This document shows positions 29,420 through 38,674 of a stretch of DNA of 64,000 bases, in pieces. How positions within the stretch are numbered: position 1 is the stretch's first letter; each line of letters opens with the position of its first letter. The position numbers were made by a program, and so were the translations under genes. The notes beneath the pieces were generated by a model. It was not told where the DNA came from. It ran no database searches and worked only from the letters and a program-made list of their open reading frames with translations. This stretch comes from Polyangiales bacterium (lineage in GTDB: Bacteria; Myxococcota_A; Polyangia; Polyangiales; Polyangiaceae), in the NCBI GenBank assembly GCA_038231275.1, contig JBBRLQ010000005.1:224001-288000 (forward strand), read 5' to 3'.

Positions 29420-30814
29420 GTGATGCGCCTCCGCGCCCTCGCCGCCGCGCGCGACGCCGACGCCCGCACTGCCCTTGTCCTTCCCGGCGGCGAACGCGTT
29501 TCGTACGCGAAGCTCGGCGAGCGGGTCGGGCGCGTCACCGAGGTCCTCCGTCAGAGCGGCGTGGTCCCGCGCGCGCGCGTGGCGATGTGGGGGACGACGC
29601 GTGAGCCGACGCTCCTCGCGATCCTCGCGACGCTGGAGCTCGGCGCCACGCTGGTGCCGGTCCATCCGCGCCTCGTCGCGACCGAAGCCGAGACGCTCAT
29701 CCGCGCGTCGACGCCGGTGCGCACGTTCCTCGAGGACGATCTCGACGAGCTCGCCGATCGCGCGTCCCACGGCCCCATCGCGCCCGCGCAGCCCCCGCCC
29801 TCGCCGAACGATCCGCTCGCCGTCCTCTTCACGTCGGGCTCCACCGGGCGCCCCAAGGGGGCCATCCTCTCGCGCGCGGCGTTCCTCGCCAGCGCCGACG
29901 CGAGCGCGAAGAACCTCGGGTGGCGCGACGACGACGCCTGGCTCCTCGCGATGCCGCTCTGCCACGTCGGCGGCCTGTCGATCGTCACGCGTTGCCTCGC
30001 CGCGCGCCGCACGATCGTCCTGCACGAGCGCTTCGACGCGGACGCCACCCTCGCGGCGATCGAGGACGGCGTCACGCTCGTCTCGGTCGTGCCCACGATG
30101 TTGAAACGCCTCCTCGAGGCCGACACGAAGAACGTCCTCGCACGAACGCGCGCGCTCCTCGTCGGCGGCGCGGCGTGCCCACCTTCGCTTCTCACGGAGT
30201 GCGCGTCGCGCGGCGTCCTCGCGCTCACGACGTACGGGCTCACCGAGGCGTGTTCCCAGGTTTCGTCGCAGGCGCCGCGCGATCCCCGGAGCGCCGAGCC
30301 GGGAAGCGGCAGACCGCTCGACGGGACCGAGCTAGCGATCGTCGACGGCCATATCCACGTGCGCGGCGCGACGATGATGGACGGGTACCTCGGCGAAGCG
30401 CCGCTCGCGCCGGGCGCATGGTTCGACACCGGCGATCTCGGCGAGCTCGACGACGAGGGGCGTCTCCACGTGCACACGCGCCGGGTCGATCTCGTGGTGA
30501 CCGGTGGCGAGAACGTCTACCCCGCCGAGATTGAAGCCGCGCTCGAGTGCTGTCCAGGCGTGCGGCGCGCGTTCGTGTTCGGCGTCCCCAACGCCGAGTG
30601 GGGCGAGCTCGTGGCGTGCGCGATCGAGCGCGATCCAGCCCGCGATGTGGCCGAGTCGGAAATTTACACGTCGATGACGCGCGTCTTGGCGACCCACAAG
30701 AGGCCGCGCCGCGTCGCGTTCGTCGATGCGCTGCCCACCCTCGGCGAGAAGCTCGATCGCGCGCGCGGCAAGGAAAATTACGCGGGATCCGTGCGCCCGT
30801 GGACAAAGGCGTGA
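29420..30814 (+). CDS. menE: o-succinylbenzoate-CoA ligase
   Basis: FTSGSTGRPKG, PLCHVGGL, SVVPT, TYGLTE, TGDLG, GGENVYP. Confidence 0.9.
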   Translation: MMRLRALAAARDADARTALVLPGGERVSYAKLGERVGRVTEVLRQSGVVPRARVAMWGTTREPTLLAILATLELGATLVPVHPRLVATEAETLIRASTPVRTFLEDDLDELADRASHGPIAPAQPPPSPNDPLAVLFTSGSTGRPKGAILSRAAFLASADASAKNLGWRDDDAWLLAMPLCHVGGLSIVTRCLAARRTIVLHERFDADATLAAIEDGVTLVSVVPTMLKRLLEADTKNVLARTRALLVGGAACPPSLLTECASRGVLALTTYGLTEACSQVSSQAPRDPRSAEPGSGRPLDGTELAIVDGHIHVRGATMMDGYLGEAPLAPGAWFDTGDLGELDDEGRLHVHTRRVDLVVTGGENVYPAEIEAALECCPGVRRAFVFGVPNAEWGELVACAIERDPARDVAESEIYTSMTRVLATHKRPRRVAFVDALPTLGEKLDRARGKENYAGSVRPWTKA

Positions 30815-30938
30815 TTGCCGAAGCCGACGCGACGCGGTGGCGCGCGCGACAATCTGCCCGGGCGATCGCCTCACGAAACGCACTCGCCCGATATCCAGGC
30901 GCGTGCGGACGGGCACGGATCTGGCACCATGGGAGCAC

Positions 30939-33179
30939 ATGAGCGCCGCCTTTGCCGACTGGCCGAAACCGGGGCCCATCGACCTGACGCTTCACGATCC
31001 CCCGCACGGGTCGTCGTCCACCGAGTGGTGGTACGTCAACACGCACTTCGAAGCCGAGGACGGACGGCCCTTCTCGCTCTTCGCGGCGTTCTTCCGGATC
31101 CGCAAGCCGAACGGCGCGCCCGGCGCGAAGCCCGAGTACGCGTACTCGGTGACGTGGGCGCTCACCGACGTGACGACGAGCGCGTACTACCCCGACTCGC
31201 GCGTCGACAAGAGCGCGCCCAAGATGGGCATCGAGCGCATCAAGAGCGGCAAAGGCTCGCGCGACCCGCGTCTCAACCGCGCCATGACCGAGGTGCTCGA
31301 GCGGGGCAAGATACCGGGCCCCGACCGCGTCTTCGACGGCGACATCTTCGTCGCGGAGGGCCGGCTCGAGCTCGACTACGCGGGTGCGCGCTTCGAGAAG
31401 CAGGCCGACGGCACCTACCGCCTCCAGGTCGCGAACGATCGCGTGCGCGCGGCGGCCGACATCACGTTCACCCTGAAAAAGACGCCGATCCGCCACGGCG
31501 ACGACGGCGTCGTGAAGGGCCACGCCGGCGAGGACATGTTCTACTACTTCGTGCCGCGCTGCGACGTCGCAGGCACAGTGACGGTCCGCGGCGAGACGCT
31601 GCGCGTCGCGAAGGGCAACGGCTGGTACGACCACGAGTTCGGCGGCCCGACGAAGGAGCAAGCCGAGCGCGCGAAGAAGGAGAAGCCGGTCGACGTCGCG
31701 TGGAACTGGATCGGCGCGCAGCTCGAGGGCGGCACCGAGGTCAGCGCCTACTCGCTCGTGCGCGCGGAGGACGGCAAGGTGCTGTGGCAGTGGGCGGTCG
31801 TCATCGATCCGTCCGGCGCGGCGCGCTCGCACCACGGCGTCATGCTCACGCCCGGCCGCACGTGGCGGAGCACGCGCACGTTCCACGACTACCCGACGGC
31901 GTGGAAGCTCGACGTCCCCGAGGCGGAGCTCTCCCTCGAGGTGTCGGCCGCGTTCGATGACCAGGAGCTCATCACCGTCATCTCGAAGCCCGCGTTCTGG
32001 GAAGGACGCGTCGCGGTGACCGGCACGCTCGGCGGCAAGGCGGTCACCGGCCTCGGCTACCTCGAGCGCAGCGGCTTCGAGCCGATCAAAGATCTCGACG
32101 ACTACTTCGGCGCCGTCGGCGAAGAGGTGCGAAAGTCCGTCCGCGCGGTCCTGCCGCTCGAGCCGACCCACGACGAGGCCCGCGCCCTCATCGCGTCCAA
32201 GGATCGCGAGCACTACATGGATGGCGTGAGCCTCCCCCAGATCTCGCGCGCCCTCCTCGCGCCGATTCGCGAGATCACCGATCGCGGCGGGAAGTCCTGG
32301 CGATCGTACGCAGCGCTCGCGTGCTGCGACGTCGTCAACGGCGACTCGCGAAAATTCGTCCAGTGGCTGGCGATGCCGGAGCTGCTCCACGTCGGCTCGC
32401 TCATCGTCGACGACGTGCAGGATCACTCGACGGTGCGGCGTGGCAAGCCGACGTGCCACGTCATCTACGGCGAGCCGATCGCCATCAACGCCGGCACCGC
32501 CGCGTATTTTCTCGCGCAGAAGCTCCTCTTTTCGAACGAGATCTCGGACGCCAAGAAGCTGAAGCTCTACGATCTCTACTTCGAGAGCATGCGCGCCGGG
32601 CACGCCGGTCAGGCCATGGACCTCGACGGACCCGGTGATCTCCTCCCCGACGTGGTCGCGAGCGGCGACGCGCGGGCGCTCGAATCCCGCATCCTCGCGA
32701 CGCACCGCCTGAAGACCGCAGCGCCCGCCGGATCGCTTGCGCGCATGGGCGCGATCGCAGGCGGTGGGACCGACGAGCAGGTCGAGGCAGTCGGGCGCTT
32801 CTTCGAGGCGCTGGGCCTCGCGTTCCAGATCGTGGACGACGTCTTGAACCTCCGTGGCTTCAAGGGGAACCTGAAGTCGGCGGGCGAGGACATCGCGAAT
32901 GGCACGATCACGCTGCCGGTCGCGAAGGCGCTCGGACGCCTCGGCGAGGCCGATCGCGCCTGGGTGTGGAAGACGATGCAGGGCAAACCCAAGGAGCCGG
33001 CGGTCGTCGCGTCGGTGATCGCGAAGCTCGAGGCGTGCGGCGCGATCGAGGCCTGCGCCGACGAAGCGCGCGCGCTGGTGGAGGACGCGTGGGCCAAGGC
33101 GGCGCCGCTCCTCGACGACTCGATCTCGAAGGTCATGCTGCGCGCGTTCGGCTGGTACGTCCTCGAACGCCACTACTGA
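30939..33179 (+). CDS. Fusion: CrtC/AttH lipocalin-like domain + trans-isoprenyl diphosphate synthase (GGPPS-like)
   Basis: N half TEWWY, GWYDHEFG, WNW, YPTAW, QEL, FWEG, GYLE; C half GGKSWR, GSLIVDDVQD..RRG, HAGQAMDL, KT, FQIVDDVLN, EDIANG.ITLP; one uninterrupted frame. Confidence 0.9.
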   Translation: MSAAFADWPKPGPIDLTLHDPPHGSSSTEWWYVNTHFEAEDGRPFSLFAAFFRIRKPNGAPGAKPEYAYSVTWALTDVTTSAYYPDSRVDKSAPKMGIERIKSGKGSRDPRLNRAMTEVLERGKIPGPDRVFDGDIFVAEGRLELDYAGARFEKQADGTYRLQVANDRVRAAADITFTLKKTPIRHGDDGVVKGHAGEDMFYYFVPRCDVAGTVTVRGETLRVAKGNGWYDHEFGGPTKEQAERAKKEKPVDVAWNWIGAQLEGGTEVSAYSLVRAEDGKVLWQWAVVIDPSGAARSHHGVMLTPGRTWRSTRTFHDYPTAWKLDVPEAELSLEVSAAFDDQELITVISKPAFWEGRVAVTGTLGGKAVTGLGYLERSGFEPIKDLDDYFGAVGEEVRKSVRAVLPLEPTHDEARALIASKDREHYMDGVSLPQISRALLAPIREITDRGGKSWRSYAALACCDVVNGDSRKFVQWLAMPELLHVGSLIVDDVQDHSTVRRGKPTCHVIYGEPIAINAGTAAYFLAQKLLFSNEISDAKKLKLYDLYFESMRAGHAGQAMDLDGPGDLLPDVVASGDARALESRILATHRLKTAAPAGSLARMGAIAGGGTDEQVEAVGRFFEALGLAFQIVDDVLNLRGFKGNLKSAGEDIANGTITLPVAKALGRLGEADRAWVWKTMQGKPKEPAVVASVIAKLEACGAIEACADEARALVEDAWAKAAPLLDDSISKVMLRAFGWYVLERHY

Positions 33180-33212
33180 CCGCGACCACGACGTCACGGT
33201 CGCCAAAACGGC

Positions 33213-34283
33213 TCATTTTTCCCCGGCGGGAGCGCTCAGGGGCGGGAGCATGCCCGGGATGTCGGCGTCGGGATCGTCGGCGTGGGACGACCAGCCGCCG
33301 ATCACGCTCGCGCCGACGAGGCCCACGAATGCGACGGGGAACCAGCGTCGCATGCGCTGGTCGAGGCGGAGGGCGGCCTCGGCGCGGCCGTGCGTCACCG
33401 CGTGAGACTCCCACAAGACCATGCCGAGCGCCGCCGCCGTCGCGAGGTAGCAGACGATGTACACACGGTCGGCGAGCGTGAGGTACGCGACGCGCGGAAG
33501 CGTGTCGGCTTGCGTCAGCTGGAACGCGATGATGGCGAGCATGCACGTGATGCCCACCGACGCGGCGCTGCCCAGATCGTCGGGCTTGATCCAGAAGAGG
33601 CCGTACGCGAGCGCGACGATGAGGAACAGCGGGAGGAAGTAGCGCGTGAGATAGAACTGCCAGAGGCGCGCGACGGGGAAGGTGACGACGAGGAGGCGCG
33701 GCCCCTTCTTGCCGGGAAACGCGCTGAACGTGGAGCGTTTGATCTCGGCGGAAGGGTAGTCGAGGACGCGCCACCCGCCGAGCTCGCGGTAGGCGTCGAT
33801 CGCGACGACGTTCGGCCAGAGCGTGGGCTGCCACGTCGCTTGTTCGTCGGAGAGCGCGCGCTCTTCGAGGAGGAGCCTCAAGCCCTGGGTGTCGAACGGG
33901 AAGCGCCGGAGGCGGAACCAGTTGGAGTAGGTGGCGCTGAAGCGGCGCTCGCGGTAGCAGTCGTCGCCCACGCGGACCGTCTCGTCCACCGCGGCGGACG
34001 TGTCCCCGGAGGCGTTGCGGACGTTGAGCTCCGGCCGCAGCCCGCCGGCCGGCCATCGCGTCACGAGCGACACCTCGCCGCTCCACGACGCGCTGCGCTC
34101 GCTCACTTCGCGGATGTGCGTGATGCGCAGGCCCGCGCGTATGAGCTCGGGGAGCTTCACGGTGACCTTCGCCGGGTCGGTGTTGCAACACTCCTCGGGG
34201 CCGGCGCAATCGCCGGCGCGCGCCTCGCGGCCTGCCACCAACAGCGAGAGGAGCGCGACGAGGACGGCGAGGACGGCCTTCAT
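33213..34283 (-). CDS. Prokaryotic pentameric ligand-gated ion channel (Pro-loop)
   Basis: Signal peptide; LRRFPFDTQ loop; M1 YLTRYFLPLFLIV...FW; M2; LPRVAYLTLAD; M3; M4 RRWFP. Confidence 0.9.
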   Translation of the reverse strand: MKAVLAVLVALLSLLVAGREARAGDCAGPEECCNTDPAKVTVKLPELIRAGLRITHIREVSERSASWSGEVSLVTRWPAGGLRPELNVRNASGDTSAAVDETVRVGDDCYRERRFSATYSNWFRLRRFPFDTQGLRLLLEERALSDEQATWQPTLWPNVVAIDAYRELGGWRVLDYPSAEIKRSTFSAFPGKKGPRLLVVTFPVARLWQFYLTRYFLPLFLIVALAYGLFWIKPDDLGSAASVGITCMLAIIAFQLTQADTLPRVAYLTLADRVYIVCYLATAAALGMVLWESHAVTHGRAEAALRLDQRMRRWFPVAFVGLVGASVIGGWSSHADDPDADIPGMLPPLSAPAGEK

Positions 34284-34312
34284 GGAGCCGAGCGTACGCG
34301 CCTTTTCGCCGG

Positions 34313-35521
34313 TCAGAGAGCCCTGGTCGCGCCGCTCGGGAGCACTTCTTCGAACGCCTCGCCCAAGGCGCCCGGCTTGGTCACGTGGAGCCACGCGCCG
34401 CCCGTGGCGTCCGCGCCGACGCTGAGGCCGGTGTCGACGAGGAAGAGGAGGCCGCCGTATTTCTGGAACATCTGATCGGACGCGCGGGTCGTCGCGTCCG
34501 CGAAGCCGACGTTCCCCGGCTGGTGCCCCATGACGAGGTGCTTCACACCGAGCGACTGCGTCCACGTCGTGAGCAGCGTGGTCGCGTTGCCCGTCGCGTC
34601 CCACCACTGCGGCCCGGATCCCGAGAGGCGCGCCTCGAGCATCGAGTCGACCGCGGAGAGCACCGGCGCACCGAAGCCGGCGCCGTCGATGCCGATTCGC
34701 AGATCGGACGACATCTGCGCGACCGTCTTGCCGCCGGTCTTGCCACCATGGACGAAGAACCAACCGGCCACCTTCGCGGCCATCGGCAAGCCTCGAATGA
34801 ACGCGCCGACGTCGTTGAGGCCGGCAGCGGTCGCCTGCGGAGTGAAGCCGAGGCTCGCGAGCTGCGGATCGATCCCATCCGTGCCGGAGGCCTTGCTGTT
34901 GAGCGGATCAGCGAGGAACTCTGCCTCGTGGTTCCCCATCGTGACGACCACGCCGCCGCCCGCCGACGCCGCCGCCGACGCGAGCGCGTTCGAGAGGCGT
35001 ACGACATCCACCGCGTCGGGCCCCTTGTCGATGAGATCGCCGACGATGACGACGTACGCCGTGCCTCCCGTCCACGTCACCGTAGTGGGCGCCGCGGGGA
35101 CGGCTGCGATGAGCTTCGCGGCGACGAGGAGCTTGGTGAACGCGGCGTAGTCGCCGTGCACGTCGGAGAGCACCCAGAGCTCGCTCGCGGAGGCGACCTC
35201 CACGACGGGCGGGAATTTGCTCCAGTCGCGCGCGCAGCCGCTGCACGGCGCGGCGTCGGACGTCGCGTCGCCCGTGCCGCCTTCGAACCCTCCGCTGCTC
35301 GCGCCGCTGCTGCTGGCCCCGCTGCTGCTGGCCCCGCTGCTTCCGCTGCCGCTCGCGCCGCTGCTGCCGCTGCTGCCGCTGGCTCCGCTGCTCGCGCCGC
35401 TGCTGGTGGCGCCGCTGCTGCTGCTCGTCCCAGCGGCGTCGCTGCCTCCACCGCCACACGCGCCGATGAGCGCGATGGCCATGAGGAGGGAGAGAACTCG
35501 CGGAGCGTGGAACGAGCGCAT
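34313..35521 (-). CDS. Lipoprotein calcineurin-like metallophosphoesterase (Shewanella-like phosphatase type)
   Basis: IGA-C lipobox; GASS linker; DVHGD, GDLIDKG, GNHE, FVHGG, MGHQP, VDTG. Confidence 0.9.
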   Translation of the reverse strand: MRSFHAPRVLSLLMAIALIGACGGGGSDAAGTSSSSGATSSGASSGASGSSGSSGASGSGSSGASSSGASSSGASSGGFEGGTGDATSDAAPCSGCARDWSKFPPVVEVASASELWVLSDVHGDYAAFTKLLVAAKLIAAVPAAPTTVTWTGGTAYVVIVGDLIDKGPDAVDVVRLSNALASAAASAGGGVVVTMGNHEAEFLADPLNSKASGTDGIDPQLASLGFTPQATAAGLNDVGAFIRGLPMAAKVAGWFFVHGGKTGGKTVAQMSSDLRIGIDGAGFGAPVLSAVDSMLEARLSGSGPQWWDATGNATTLLTTWTQSLGVKHLVMGHQPGNVGFADATTRASDQMFQKYGGLLFLVDTGLSVGADATGGAWLHVTKPGALGEAFEEVLPSGATRAL

Positions 35522-35592
35522 TGGCCGCGGAACATGACCCACCCAACGTGGTCGCGCAAGCCCGCGCGCCGTCGGGCGGTCTCAGCGTCGTC

Positions 35593-35955
35593 TCATGCGG
35601 TCGTTGCCCGGCGGCTCACTCGGCGCGCTTGGCACTTCGCGTCGGCGCCGTCGAGCCCGCCGAGGGTCGCGGGGTAGAGCGCGCTCGAGAAGAAGACGAT
35701 GCGCGCGGGTCCCGCGTCGAAGCGCGGCGTCGCATCTCGCGTGTGGGGCGTCGCGTCGGCGATCGCGTCGTCCGGCACGGCGGCGTCCACGCCAGCGTCG
35801 AGCGAGGGGGCTGTGTCCGTCGTCGCGTCCACGGTGGCCGCGTCGACGCCGCCGTCCTTCGGTGTCGCCTCGTCGGTCGAGCCGCAGCCCCACGCCATCG
35901 ACGCCGCGGACAGCGACGCCGCCGCGCACGCCTGGGCCACGCGCGACGTCTTCAC
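35593..35955 (-). pseudogene. Truncated lipoprotein ending at the start of a DUF1554-like domain
   Basis: GTG overlaps upstream stop; AWG-C lipobox; DAG linker; RIVFFSSALYPATLGGLDGADAKCQ then stops 11 codons later. Confidence 0.65.
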
Positions 35956-38429
35956 TTCATCATCTTCGAGAATTTTTCGGTCAAGACGGGATCGGCGGCC
36001 ATCTTCGCGCCCCACGCCTGCGCGACCTGCCCGTACGACATCATGTCGAGGCCGTACTGCGCGAGCGCGCCCATCATGTTGCCGGTCTGCATGCCCTTGA
36101 GGATGCGCACGTAGTCGCTCAGCTTTGCCACGCGCTGATTCGGGAAGACGACCGGATCGGGATCGCCGGAGTCGCCGCCCCCTTGCGCGACCACCCGCTG
36201 CGCCTCCTGCGCCTGCGCCATCCGCAGGTGCATGTCCATGTTCCCGTCGCGGATCTCGTCGAGCGCGTCCTTCTCGGCGCCGGTGATCCCCATCGCCCCG
36301 AGCTCGATGCTCCTCTTCGCCTCGATGAACTCGTCCATCAGGTCGGAGCTCGCGTTGAGCGCCTGCTGCCACTCGTCGACGAACGGCTTGCCGGGGTTCG
36401 GCACGTTGAACTTGCGACAGAGCTCCACCATCTGCGGCGAAGGGGTGAACGCCGCCGCCATCGCCGCGCCGACCCCGCCATACGCGAGGCCGCCCTGGAG
36501 CTTGTCGCGCTCCACCGAGAACTGCGCGTACTCCTCGATCGTGAGGCCGCCGTAGCGCCGCAGCGTGCGCACCACGTTCTTCTGCGACAACGTCTCCTCG
36601 TAGCGATCGCTCCACGCCTGCAAATCGGCGCGCACGTGCTCGGGGTGGTTGCCCAGCGCGAGCCATGCGTCGACCAGCGCCCCTTCCCACGGCGTGAAGC
36701 CTTCGGCCGGAATCAAGCTGCGCAGCCAGCCGAACGCCCCCTCGACCTCGACGCGAACGTTCGGCGCGTCCTGCGCGCGCCACGCCAGGGCGGTGATCCC
36801 GGCGATCGTGAGCCAGTCCGACGGGCCCGACACGAGCGAGTAGAGCGCGGCGCGCCCCGGCCCGGTCTCCCACGGCCCGAGGTGCGAGAGGATGACCGCG
36901 GTGGCGAGCTGGCACCGGTACGTCCAGATCACCCCGCCGAAATCCTGGGGAGGCGGCGGCGGGTTGGTGAGCACCGACAAGAACGCGCGCGCCGATTGCG
37001 GCCCGGCGGCTTGCGCGATCGCGCGCGCTGCGGGATCCCACACGTCCTTGCGGAACAGCTGGTACGCGATCCCGCCGACGGCGTTCTGCGCGTTGGGCTC
37101 GCCTTGCGTGAAGATGGGGCGAATCTCGCCGTTTTGGAACGTGAACGCAGGGAAGTCGACGCGCCCCTTGTCTGCGCGCGGGTCCGGCGTCTGCACCTGC
37201 TGAATCTCGACGCCCATTCGCGCGTTGCCGGCACCGACCGCGCGCATGCCGACGTCGAACGCGATGAGGGCGCTCGGCGACTCCGGGTACTTCGACTGGA
37301 TCGTGACGCCGATGCTCGCCCCCTGTCCGCAGCAGTGGAGGACCTCGGCGAGCTCGGAGATCATCATGCGGGCGTACCGCGCCGACGCGTCGGCCGGCCC
37401 CGGGAGCGCCGTAAAGTACCAGACCGGCGGATCGATCTCGTTGGCCATCCGCGCCACCGCGTCGTCCCAGTAGCGCCGCTCGCGCAGCATGAGGAGCGCG
37501 TGCCGGTCCTGCTCGCTCCCGTACGCGCGAAAACGTGTATAATGCACGCAGGCGTCGATCGTCGGATAATTGGGGGAGCGCTGCGCGACGTCCTGGAAGA
37601 CGTTGGCGGCGACGTCCAGGCGCCCGGCGTCCGCGAAGCCCCACGCCGCGTCGTGCAGCGGCGAGAAGTCCTGTGGATCGATCTGCATCGCGATCTGCGC
37701 CTGTTGCATGGCCTCGTCGGGGCGCTTCGCGTCGCGCAGCGCGTTGAGGAGCGCGGTGCGCAGACTCCAGTCTTGAGGAAAGCGGCGCACCCCCTCCTCG
37801 GCGATCGCGAGCGTCGCCGCCGTGTCGCCCAAGCGCCGGCGCACGATCGCCGCGCCGCCGAACAAGATCTTTTCGTTCGGGAAGGCGGGGATGAGCACAT
37901 CGAAGATCGGCGCGGCCGAGCGTAGGTTCGGCAAGCGCGGATCGTCGGCGGCCGGCGGCACCGGCACGTCGATCGCCATGTTGAGGATCGGCTTCACGAT
38001 CGACTCGAGGATCCGCTCCCACGTCAGCTGCGGGACGAACTGCGGCGTCAGCCAGCGGCGGATCCAGTCGACGTACTCGAGCTCGGGCGCCACGTCGATC
38101 ACGAGCCCGATGAGCTCGACGGCGTCGGCCATACGCCGCTGCAAGTAGAGCGCCCGCGCTCGCGCTGCCGCGGTGGCCACGTGGATGGCGCCGGTCGCGA
38201 CTGGAAAGAGCCCCAGCGGATCCTGCGCGCCGAGGACCAGCCGATCGATCACGTCGAGCAGCTCACGTTCGTTCGGAAAGAGCATCAGCGCGTCGGCGAT
38301 GCAGAGCGACGCGACCAGCGGCTCGTTGCGCTGCATTGCGGCGAGGGCGTCGTCCTTGAGCTGGCTCGCGACGCGACGCCGTTCGGACACGAGGGGGAGA
38401 GCTTTGGGGTCGAGCGGCGTGTGCGGCAT
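35952..38429 (-). CDS. TPR-like repeat protein with Met/Gln-rich helical C-terminal domain (DUF6620-like)
   Basis: TPR-like helices (AIAEEGVRRFP, AQIAMQIDP, FQDVAQRSP); two related C-terminal units (LTIEEYA..., LSDYVRI...WGAKMAADP); ATG 38429. Confidence 0.8.
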   Translation of the reverse strand: MPHTPLDPKALPLVSERRRVASQLKDDALAAMQRNEPLVASLCIADALMLFPNERELLDVIDRLVLGAQDPLGLFPVATGAIHVATAAARARALYLQRRMADAVELIGLVIDVAPELEYVDWIRRWLTPQFVPQLTWERILESIVKPILNMAIDVPVPPAADDPRLPNLRSAAPIFDVLIPAFPNEKILFGGAAIVRRRLGDTAATLAIAEEGVRRFPQDWSLRTALLNALRDAKRPDEAMQQAQIAMQIDPQDFSPLHDAAWGFADAGRLDVAANVFQDVAQRSPNYPTIDACVHYTRFRAYGSEQDRHALLMLRERRYWDDAVARMANEIDPPVWYFTALPGPADASARYARMMISELAEVLHCCGQGASIGVTIQSKYPESPSALIAFDVGMRAVGAGNARMGVEIQQVQTPDPRADKGRVDFPAFTFQNGEIRPIFTQGEPNAQNAVGGIAYQLFRKDVWDPAARAIAQAAGPQSARAFLSVLTNPPPPPQDFGGVIWTYRCQLATAVILSHLGPWETGPGRAALYSLVSGPSDWLTIAGITALAWRAQDAPNVRVEVEGAFGWLRSLIPAEGFTPWEGALVDAWLALGNHPEHVRADLQAWSDRYEETLSQKNVVRTLRRYGGLTIEEYAQFSVERDKLQGGLAYGGVGAAMAAAFTPSPQMVELCRKFNVPNPGKPFVDEWQQALNASSDLMDEFIEAKRSIELGAMGITGAEKDALDEIRDGNMDMHLRMAQAQEAQRVVAQGGGDSGDPDPVVFPNQRVAKLSDYVRILKGMQTGNMMGALAQYGLDMMSYGQVAQAWGAKMAADPVLTEKFSKMMK

Positions 38430-38630
38430 GGAACCGTCATCATTCCTGAGGATCGCGGGGTGGGGAAGAGAAGATCCGCTGCCGAGAGGCCACAGTCTGG
38501 GCCGCACTCGGCCAGAACGCCGGTGTTGTCAGCGTGTGGGTTCTACCGTGACCAGCGCGCGCATTCGGCCGTAAATCACGCCAGATCGGCGGTGGGGTGG
38601 TCACTCGCCCGTCGCGATCCCCGTTCGCGC

Positions 38631-38646
38631 CGGCATCGCGGGTGCA
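38631..38646 (+). promoter_or_regulatory. Sigma54-like promoter
   Basis: CGGCATCGCGGGTGCA, GG(38632)-N10-GC(38644); AGGAGG/GGAGA before ATG 38675. Confidence 0.55.
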
Positions 38647-38674
38647 CTGCAGGAGGTCGAGGAGACACACCACC

